DNA from: an uncultured Candidatus Saccharibacteria bacterium
GTDB taxonomy: Bacteria; Patescibacteriota; Minisyncoccia; Phycocordibacterales; WO2-35-19
Length of the DNA: 53,985 nt
Direction: 5' to 3'
Assembly: GCA_964483435.1 (NCBI GenBank)
Contig: CAZAAO010000001.1
Location: forward strand, 1-53,985
Part shown: one piece after another, positions 26,556 to 32,580 of the stretch
Numbering within the stretch: the stretch's first letter is position 1
How the letters are laid out: each line of letters opens with the position of its first letter
Program-made: the position numbers and the translations under genes
Notes under the pieces: generated by a model
The model's database searches: none
Told to the model about the DNA's origin: nothing
What the model saw: only the letters and a program-made list of their open reading frames with translations

Positions 26556-26604
26556 AAATAGTGGTACCGCCAAGTAGAAAGAAGAAAACGGCGGCAAACA
26601 CCAC

Positions 26605-27045
26605 ATGTCACTCGTCGATAACAAAAAAATACACTTTAATTATGAAGTCTTAGAGAAGCTCGAAGCAGGTATCGAGCTTTTGGGCTTTGAAGTAAAGAGT
26701 TTGAGGGCTGGAAAAGCGAATCTTGAAGGAGCGCATGTGAGCATACGAGGAAAAGAAGCATTTGTCGTAGGTATGGCAATAGAGCCGTATCAGGCAAATA
26801 ATACTCCAGCAGACTATGAAAGAGATCGCCCTAGAAAGCTCTTGTTAAATAAGGCTGAAATCAAACATTTGGAAGAAGTCGAGGGTCAAAAAGGATTGAC
26901 AATAGTGCCAATTTCGGTGTATAATAATGGTAGGAAAATCAAAGTTTCAATCGCAGTAGTACGCGGAAAGAAAAAGTTTGATAAACGTGAAAGTATCAAA
27001 AAAAGAGAAACTGATATTGATATCAGGAGAGAAATGAAAAGATAG
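26605..27045 (+). CDS. smpB: SsrA-binding protein SmpB
   Basis: NKKIHFNYEVLEKLEAGIELLGFEVKS..., 146 aa with a basic C-tail; a tmRNA gene lies downstream. Confidence 0.93.
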   Translation: MSLVDNKKIHFNYEVLEKLEAGIELLGFEVKSLRAGKANLEGAHVSIRGKEAFVVGMAIEPYQANNTPADYERDRPRKLLLNKAEIKHLEEVEGQKGLTIVPISVYNNGRKIKVSIAVVRGKKKFDKRESIKKRETDIDIRREMKR

Positions 27046-27058
27046 TTGTTCCCCTAAA

Positions 27059-27325
27059 ATGTTTTACTCTGTGTATATACTCTATAGTCATAAAGATCAA
27101 AAACTTTATGTAGGATGCACCAAAGACCTCCAAAGTAGACTTGAGAGACACAACACAGGAAGAGTAAATGCTACAAAATACAGGCGCCCTTTATCCTTAA
27201 TTCACAGCGAAGAATACGGAGACAAGACACAAGCCTTTAATAGAGAGAGATTTCTAAAAAGTTTGTGGGGTTCTCGAGAAAAGAATAAGATAAAGGAGCA
27301 GTATTTGCGGCTAAATCATTCCTGA
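27059..27325 (+). CDS. GIY-YIG (URI) domain protein
   Basis: FYSVYILYS...KLYVGCTKDLQSRLERHN...R...E, 88 aa. Confidence 0.8.
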   Translation: MFYSVYILYSHKDQKLYVGCTKDLQSRLERHNTGRVNATKYRRPLSLIHSEEYGDKTQAFNRERFLKSLWGSREKNKIKEQYLRLNHS

Positions 27326-27438
27326 TTAGCTAATCAGGAATGATCGCCCGAACATACTAAGGTGCAGTGGTGGGGCTAAAACATTTCTGCTTAGTAAAGC
27401 AGAAATGTTCGCCCGATCACTTTGCCTTAGCAAAGTGA
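27317..27438 (+). repeat. three related hairpins between the GIY-YIG gene and tmRNA
   Basis: CATTCCTGATTA GC TAATCAGGAATG + ATCGCCCGA (27317-27351). AACATTTCTGC TTAGTAAA GCAGAAATGTT + CGCCCGA (27380-27416). TCACTTTGC CTTAG CAAAGTGA (27417-27438). The first two units are roughly 75% identical. Confidence 0.6.
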
Positions 27439-27442
27439 TTTA

Positions 27443-27854
27443 GGGGATGAATTAGCATCGACAGATAAGATCTTTGAAAATGCGCATAGTAGAGCCCCAA
27501 GGACTCTTAAATCCCTTGGAAAACTCAAATGCAAAAAATACTTTTGCCAAAGCTGTTTCTCCGTACTTTACGGCCAACGACTTTGATTTCGCTTACGCAA
27601 GAGCTTAATTAAGTTCTCGCCTTCGCGACGGCTCCCTCTTGAAATCTGTTATAGAGAAGAGTTGTAATAAATTCGGATTATAGAAGAGAAAATGTCTCGC
27701 TTCCCTTCTGAAAAATAGAGACTAGGTATGTATCTGTTCCGTCTGACTTTAAGGATATGTATCAAATTCCGCCCTGAGCGGAAAAGACAGACTAAACTAT
27801 GTAGATCCATTTTCAAAACTTGTTTGCACGGGGGCTCGCTACCTCCCATCTCCA
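27443..27854 (+). ncRNA. ssrA: tmRNA (SsrA)
   Basis: 5' GGGGATGAATTAGCATCGACAG. The 3' end has T-arm GGGGG CTCGCTA CCTCC and acceptor CATCTCC plus A, pairing with GGGGATG to give G3:U70. In-frame tag ORF GCA...GCC AAC GAC TTT GAT TTC GCT TAC GCA AGA GCT TAA (27531-27608). Adjacent to smpB. CCA is not encoded. Confidence 0.9.
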
Positions 27855-27870
27855 CAAAATTAAGGAGGAA

Positions 27871-27906
27871 GAAAACACCATCTCGTTCGGGATGGTGTTT
27901 TCTTCG
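27871..27906 (+). terminator. intrinsic terminator after tmRNA
   Basis: GAAAACACCATC TCGTTCGG GATGGTGTTTTC followed by TTCG. Confidence 0.7.
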
Positions 27907-27964
27907 ACTATAATTTTGTAGGATGCCGCACACCCCTTCTTTTCTCAAGTGCGGCGCCACCATA

Positions 27965-27993
27965 TTGATTTAATCCCAAAAAGAGGTATAAAT
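27965..27993 (+). promoter_or_regulatory. sigma70-type promoter of the small-ORF operon
   Basis: TTGATT (27965-70), a 16-17 nt spacer, then TATAAAT (27987-93). GGAAGGAG and the ATG at 28014 follow. Confidence 0.5.
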
Positions 27994-28013
27994 ACTTTTG
28001 GAAGGAGTTTTTA

Positions 28014-28289
28014 ATGACTATTAAACACCCCCGCGGTGGGAAGGAAATTTTCGGCCGCCAACTTGCTCCAGGTGAGGAGCTGCAACCGGGCGACGTGTAC
28101 GATTGCTCCGATGGTACATGGAGAAACATCGGGAATATGACCCGGGTACCAGAAGAAAGCACCGCCGTATTCGTAAGACCAGGCATCGACGATCTGATGG
28201 AAGAGGCCGCCAAGCATATCGAGGAAGCAGAAGCGGACTATAACCTCGGAATAGCGATTCCTGGACTCGACTTGATCCGAAAGGGATGA
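28014..28289 (+). CDS. hypothetical protein (91 aa)
   Basis: Strong SD GGAAGGAG 6 nt before the ATG. Coherent acidic sequence. The stop overlaps the SD of the next ORF. Confidence 0.6.
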   Translation: MTIKHPRGGKEIFGRQLAPGEELQPGDVYDCSDGTWRNIGNMTRVPEESTAVFVRPGIDDLMEEAAKHIEEAEADYNLGIAIPGLDLIRKG

Positions 28290-28292
28290 TCA

Positions 28293-28487
28293 ATGGTTCC
28301 AATTCCTTGTGACTGTCCGCATCATGACGGCGGCAAATCCCATCGCGGCGATTGCTGCCAAACCTGCCCCTTTTGTGGGGAAGAACGTGTCCGTCTGGAT
28401 GATATTCAGACACACGTAAATAATTGCCCTCAAAAGATTGAGGTGGATCGCGAAAAAATTTTTAGCCGGGCTCCATACACCGACTAG
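28293..28487 (+). CDS. hypothetical Cys/His-rich small protein (64 aa), probable zinc ribbon/finger
   Basis: CDCPHH...CCQTCPFCGEERVRLDDIQTHVNNCP (C-x2-C-x11-H-x4-C). Starts 4 nt after the preceding stop (AAGGGA upstream). A terminator follows. Confidence 0.55.
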   Translation: MVPIPCDCPHHDGGKSHRGDCCQTCPFCGEERVRLDDIQTHVNNCPQKIEVDREKIFSRAPYTD

Positions 28488-28509
28488 CACCCGCCCCCCC
28501 CTATCAAAA

Positions 28510-28543
28510 GACCCGAGCAACGCTCGGGTCGATTCTTTATTTA
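28510..28543 (+). terminator. intrinsic terminator of the small-ORF operon
   Basis: GACCCGAGC AACG CTCGGGTC followed by GATTCTTTATTT. Confidence 0.7.
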
Positions 28544-28572
28544 TTGACAAAAAATTCATGAAGAGCATAATT
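28544..28572 (+). promoter_or_regulatory. near-consensus sigma70 promoter with no ORF behind it
   Basis: TTGACA (28544-49), a 16/17-nt spacer, then CATAAT/ATAATT (28566-72). Confidence 0.55.
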
Positions 28573-28574
28573 AT

Positions 28575-28945
28575 CCTTGGACGGTTGGAGCGCTCTGCCA
28601 GAAGTATAGGTATATCCACTAGCGCTCCAACCTCGCTCTCCCGAGCGGGTCTGCGGTACAGTTTTACCCGCTCGGGCATCTGTCCAACTCCCCGGGCGTT
28701 TGGGGAGTAGAACGACAAGTCCTCCTTATATGAGGACACACCGCCCGCCTCTTGCGTTAATGAGGTTTGTATGTCCCCCGTTCGGGGACGGAGTCCGGAG
28801 GTTCCCACCTCGACATCCACTTAAGTTGCTACTTGAGTTTCGATTAGAGGAGGCGGCCAGACTCCAAAAAAACTGGCTTGAATGCCATAAGGCCGCGTCC
28901 TTGGAAATTTATTTCCTGGGGAGGAGCGCGGCCTTTAAATTTTAT
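28575..28945 (+). ncRNA. candidate structured ncRNA of unknown class (about 370 nt)
   Basis: Bounded by the promoter at 28544-72 and a long GC hairpin plus T-rich tail (28889-28945). At least eight helices of 6-10 bp: 28577-84/28680-87, 28585-94/28621-30, 28640-49/28667-76, 28688-93/28702-07, 28719-24/28732-37, 28773-78/28784-89 and 28820-26/28831-37. Only implausible overlapping ORFs. I see no RNase P, SRP or tmRNA signature motifs. Confidence 0.45.
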
Positions 28946-28960
28946 ATTTCAAATATCGTT

Positions 28961-29000
28961 TTATAAAAAGCTTTGCCTGCGGGACCTTGGTCCCGCAGGC
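28961..29000 (-). terminator. intrinsic terminator after CDS 29011..29634
   Basis: GCCTGCGGGACC TT GGTCCCGCAGGC followed on the minus strand by AAAGCTTTTTATAA. Confidence 0.7.
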
Positions 29001-29010
29001 ATTTGATATG

Positions 29011-29634
29011 TTACATCCCTCCCCCATCTTTTTGCTCCGTCACAGGCTCTGGGACTTGTGCCGGCTGCTGAAGATCAGTGATCATTTGCTGAAGTTTAAG
29101 CGATACCTCGGACTCACTCCCTGCTCGCCCTTTAACTTCATGATAATCTTCCTCCGAAACCTGCACAAAGACCCTCAGGCCGATTTCTTTGTTGACGAAA
29201 ATAATGTAGCTCTTGCCGTTATGGTCGATGATGACATCCCACCCCGGTTCGTCACTTGTCTCCTCATAGTATCGAGTGGCTACAGATGCACTTGGGAAAG
29301 TGTATCTGATGAAATACGCCAGAGCCTCAGCAATTTCTTTTTCGGCCGCACAACTAGCCTTACGATCATTCTGAGCAGAATCGCCGCCCTTGTCATCCTG
29401 ATCACCTTTTGACGACTTATTAGCCGACTTAGGGGTGGCTATGCTTTGCTGGGCAGCTTGAGGAGTGTCCTTTTCTGCCCTTTGAGCATAATACGCCCTG
29501 ATTTTCTCGATTACGCCCTTATCAGTATCGGAAGATTTTTTTAAAACACGTTTTACGAGGTTTTCTACAACGATCACAGTTAGCACAATGACCGCAATTA
29601 CTAGAAAAATGAACAAACCATGCGCGATGTCCAT
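29011..29634 (-). CDS. hypothetical signal-anchored protein (207 aa)
   Basis: GGAG 8 nt upstream. N-terminal TM helix GLFIFLVIAVIVLTVIVV, a charged low-complexity linker and a C-terminal globular part. Confidence 0.6.
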   Translation of the reverse strand: MDIAHGLFIFLVIAVIVLTVIVVENLVKRVLKKSSDTDKGVIEKIRAYYAQRAEKDTPQAAQQSIATPKSANKSSKGDQDDKGGDSAQNDRKASCAAEKEIAEALAYFIRYTFPSASVATRYYEETSDEPGWDVIIDHNGKSYIIFVNKEIGLRVFVQVSEEDYHEVKGRAGSESEVSLKLQQMITDLQQPAQVPEPVTEQKDGGGM

Positions 29635-29694
29635 TGATTTTCTCCGCCACGAAATATACCAGAATGCAAATATTATGCAATCTTTGTAGATGTT

Positions 29695-31224
29695 CTACTT
29701 ATTCGCTTTTGGGCGGTAGGAGATGGCTTCGAGAATATTGTTTACAGTTATCACGGGCGAATTGTCGAGGTCAGCGATAGTCTGCGCGACTTTGATGATC
29801 TTGTGATAAGAGCGAGCAGAGAGGTCGAGAGTCTTCGCAGAACGGTTTAATATATCCTTTACTTCTTCCGATAGATCCATCATAGTCGCGATGTCTCTGG
29901 CACTCATTTCTCCATTTACACTTATATTGCGCTTTGCTTTTTCAAATCTTTCGCGTTGTTTTTTGCGCGCGTTTTCGATCCTTGCACGAGCAGGTATCGA
30001 CTCGCTCTGGTCGGGCGCTTCGGTAAGTCTTTCGTGATCGATCTTCGAAACTTCGGTCCAAATATCTATACGATCTACTATTGGTCCAGAAACTTTCCTT
30101 CTATATCTCTCGATCTGGGTAGCGCTGCAGATGCACGGCTTGCCTTTGATGCCAAAGTTGCCACATGGGCATGGGTTCATTGCAGCGACAAGCATAAACT
30201 GCGCAGGAAATTTGACTGAGCCTTTAGCACGAGAAACTGTGATAACTCTATCTTCAAGAGGCTCACGCAGAGACTCGATCGATTTGTTATCAAACTCTGG
30301 AAATTCGTCTAAGAAAAGTACACCCTTGTGCGCAAGAGTCACCTCCCCCGGTCGAGGATTGGTCCCACCTCCAACGAGAGAAACATGCGAAGAAGTGTGG
30401 TGCGGACTGCGGAATGGTCTTTCTTCTAATATTCGATCTTGGAGAGCCCCAGCCATAGAGTGGATCTCGGTCACTTCCATCATCTCTTCAAATGAAAGCG
30501 GCGGGAGTACATCGGCGAGAGCTTTGGCTAGCATCGTCTTACCGGTACCAGGTGGTCCATAGAGGCAAATATTGTGCCCACCAGCGGCTGCGATCTCGAG
30601 TGCGCGCTTGGCACCCTGCTGACCTTTGATATCTGCAAGATCGTTTTTGATCTCACGTTGTTCCTTGTATGAAATGTATTTTTCTGGGTGTATTGCGCTC
30701 TTACCTCCCAAAGTGAGGTGCTCGGTTAGCTCGCGCAAACTCTCAACTCCGTACACTTTGATCCCTTGCACAAGTGCCGCTTCTGAGGCGTTTTGCTTTG
30801 GGACAAATATTTCTTCAAATCCTTCGCTTTTGGCCTTGCGAGTAAAAGCAAGCACGCCACGCACTCGGCCGACACTCCCATCAAGCGCAAGCTCCCCTAA
30901 AAATATTTTTGATTTTGGATCAAAGGTTATCTCCCCCGCTGCGATAAGGTACGCGAGCGCGATAGCCACATCGAGTCCCGACCCTTCTTTCTTTACTTCC
31001 GCCGGCGCAAGAGAGACAACTATTTTTTGATTGAGTGATTTTGGAGAAGGAAATCCAGAGTTTTTGATCGCCGCACTTACTCTGTCTCGCGCTTCTTCCA
31101 CTGCTTTGTCGGGTAACCCGACGACCGAAAATGAATGCAGACCTCGAGAGAGGTCTACTTCAACGGAGACTATATAGGGTTTGAGAAGAGATGCCTGAGC
31201 GCTGTATACCCTCGCGTAAGACAT
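29695..31224 (-). CDS. YifB/ComM family Mg-chelatase-like AAA+ ATPase
   Basis: N-terminal Lon-protease-like domain, Walker A GPPGTGKT, VLFLDEFPEF, and the C-terminal Mg_chelatase_C helix-turn-helix. 509 aa. Confidence 0.9.
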   Translation of the reverse strand: MSYARVYSAQASLLKPYIVSVEVDLSRGLHSFSVVGLPDKAVEEARDRVSAAIKNSGFPSPKSLNQKIVVSLAPAEVKKEGSGLDVAIALAYLIAAGEITFDPKSKIFLGELALDGSVGRVRGVLAFTRKAKSEGFEEIFVPKQNASEAALVQGIKVYGVESLRELTEHLTLGGKSAIHPEKYISYKEQREIKNDLADIKGQQGAKRALEIAAAGGHNICLYGPPGTGKTMLAKALADVLPPLSFEEMMEVTEIHSMAGALQDRILEERPFRSPHHTSSHVSLVGGGTNPRPGEVTLAHKGVLFLDEFPEFDNKSIESLREPLEDRVITVSRAKGSVKFPAQFMLVAAMNPCPCGNFGIKGKPCICSATQIERYRRKVSGPIVDRIDIWTEVSKIDHERLTEAPDQSESIPARARIENARKKQRERFEKAKRNISVNGEMSARDIATMMDLSEEVKDILNRSAKTLDLSARSYHKIIKVAQTIADLDNSPVITVNNILEAISYRPKANK

Positions 31225-31233
31225 AGGTGTAAA

Positions 31234-31602
31234 TTACTGCTCCATGTGCTGTTTACATGTACGTGCAGCTTGGTTGGCTTCGAGCCTATCTGCTTCGATC
31301 GGAGCGCCACACACTTCACACATTCCGTAGTTGCCACCGGCGATTTTGTCTAACGCAGATTTGATATCGTTGTATCGAATCTCGAGTTCTTTTACCACAG
31401 CTGTGTTCTCTTCGTATTCTTCTATTTTGTCTGCAGCTTCGCTTTCGTCAGCTGTATCAGTATCAAAGTCTGCTGGCTTACCTTCCCAATCCTCTTCGTT
31501 GTCAGGATTGCGTCTACCAAAACGGCTTAGTTCCTGCTCCACCTGAGCAAGCTCTGTTTCTAATTTTTGCTTAAAATAGTTTGTGTCTATGTCGTTTCTC
31601 AT
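31234..31602 (-). CDS. DksA/TraR-family zinc-finger protein
   Basis: Coiled-coil N-half and C-terminal CEVCGAPIEADRLEANQAARTCKQH. Confidence 0.8.
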   Translation of the reverse strand: MRNDIDTNYFKQKLETELAQVEQELSRFGRRNPDNEEDWEGKPADFDTDTADESEAADKIEEYEENTAVVKELEIRYNDIKSALDKIAGGNYGMCEVCGAPIEADRLEANQAARTCKQHMEQ

Positions 31603-31617
31603 GAAAGCATTCTAGCA
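31603..31617 (-). promoter_or_regulatory. extended -10 placed 6 nt from the start codon (leaderless candidate)
   Basis: The minus strand reads TGC TAGAAT GCTTTC ATG. Confidence 0.5.
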
Positions 31618-31636
31618 CAGGAGCCTTGTCCCGCAA

Positions 31637-32515
31637 CTATCTCGAGATCGTATTTGAAACGTGAAGGTCGTTTATATCAGGGATAATACGATACTCCCGC
31701 GTTATAAGTATAGTGTTTTTATCAAGAAAAGCGTATGAAATCACGCTCTGGCCCGAAGCGTCTACGAGCACTCGAGCATCTTTGTTTTTGACTATTATAT
31801 CTTTCCAAACTAATGTGCTTGTAGCACTTGTAGGGAGCACGATCATAGGGAGGTCAGTTTGCATCTGCTTTTCCCATTCGAGCATACCAGCGAAAGCACC
31901 GCCAAAATCAGTGACATCAAGCGCAAGTATTGGAGACGTGGATTCGCCTTTTTTGAATACACCCATTGCAAACTCCGACTGCAAATTGCGACCAAGCTCG
32001 CTTGGTATATTCAAACCTAGTATCTCAATAAATTTTGAAACTGGAATAGAATTTTCACCGAAGTTTATCAGGCTCACTCCTGGGGCAAACTCTTCTTTAG
32101 ACAAAGCAGCGACAATGGCTTCTTTTGAAAGAGATTCTATCTGTATAGTTTGACTATAAGGGATGATTTTTGTAGGTAGATAAACTTGAGCCTCCTTATC
32201 GATTCCTAGCCTTTGAGATACGTAAAAAGCTAGAGTTCCCCCACCTGCAAGAAGTATGAGACTTGCCACAATAGCAAGGAATGTGCCTGTGTGAGATTTG
32301 GTCGTCTCTACTTTTGGCTCGAGCTTTTGCTTTTCTTCACGGTGAGCTTTTTCTTTGAGAGCAATGGAAGTGACTGATTCGTTTTTCTCCTTTATAAACT
32401 CAGCCATATCACCTTGATATGTGCGGAGAGAAGATATTTTGCCATCTTTGTGCAAAATGTCGGAGGCTTTGGTAGGAGTGGGAGTGTTTGGAGTTGGAGC
32501 CTTGTTTTCGTCCAT
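31637..32515 (-). CDS. hypothetical signal-anchored protein (292 aa)
   Basis: One TM helix (FLAIVASLILLAGGGTLAFYV) after a charged N-terminal region. No family recognised. Confidence 0.65.
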   Translation of the reverse strand: MDENKAPTPNTPTPTKASDILHKDGKISSLRTYQGDMAEFIKEKNESVTSIALKEKAHREEKQKLEPKVETTKSHTGTFLAIVASLILLAGGGTLAFYVSQRLGIDKEAQVYLPTKIIPYSQTIQIESLSKEAIVAALSKEEFAPGVSLINFGENSIPVSKFIEILGLNIPSELGRNLQSEFAMGVFKKGESTSPILALDVTDFGGAFAGMLEWEKQMQTDLPMIVLPTSATSTLVWKDIIVKNKDARVLVDASGQSVISYAFLDKNTILITREYRIIPDINDLHVSNTISR

Positions 32516-32530
32516 ACAAATATTTTAGCA
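32516..32530 (-). promoter_or_regulatory. extended -10 placed 6 nt from the start codon (leaderless candidate)
   Basis: The minus strand reads TGC TAAAAT ATTTGT ATG. Confidence 0.5.
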
Positions 32531-32580
32531 CAAACAAGCCGCCCCAGAAGCCTACGGCTTCTGGGGCGGTTTACTCCTAC

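Noticed and set aside
27317-27438. Checked whether the repeated hairpins, or any other region, form a CRISPR array.
   Set aside because: There are only two to three diverged units with irregular spacing, no constant-length spacers and no cas genes. No CRISPR-like array exists anywhere in the window.
27649-27963. 104-aa minus-strand ORF and 27728-27913(+) ORF.
   Set aside because: They lie inside or across the tmRNA gene and its terminator. The RNA gene explains the region.
27907-27971. TATAAT-N8-ATG followed by a 16-codon mini-ORF (MPHTPSFLKCGATILI) after the tmRNA terminator.
   Set aside because: The ORF is very short, overlaps a hairpin (GCCGCAC...GTGCGGC) and runs into the -35 of the next promoter. 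Evidence is insufficient to call a gene.
28290-28820. 176-aa minus-strand ORF, plus 28438-28710(+), 28700-28966(+), 28021-28413(-) and 27908-28213(-), covering the small-ORF operon and the RNA candidate.
   Set aside because: These ORFs overlap one another. They have no SD or promoter context and run antisense to, or across, the well-signalled plus-strand genes, promoter and terminators. Their sequences are low-complexity, Arg/Pro/Ser-rich and not protein-like. Long open frames like this are expected in GC-rich structured RNA.
28575-28945. Tried to identify the structured RNA as RNase P RNA, SRP RNA or 6S RNA.
   Set aside because: **RNase P.** A GAGUCCGG/CUGGCUU pairing with a bulged U mimics helix P4, but the two strands are only about 80 nt apart rather than about 280. 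CR-I (GAGGAAAGUCC) and CR-V (ACAGAA..GGCUUA) are absent.

**SRP.** There is no GGAA-tetraloop/GGAAGCAGC motif.

**6S.** The ends do not form a long closing stem.

I leave it as unknown class pending cmscan.
29011-29040. Possible attR: CCTCCCCCATCT resembling the tmRNA 3' end CCTCCCATCT.
   Set aside because: Only about 10-12 nt of imperfect similarity, lying inside the C-terminal codons of a CDS. This is too weak to call a direct repeat, so I mention it only as something to test.
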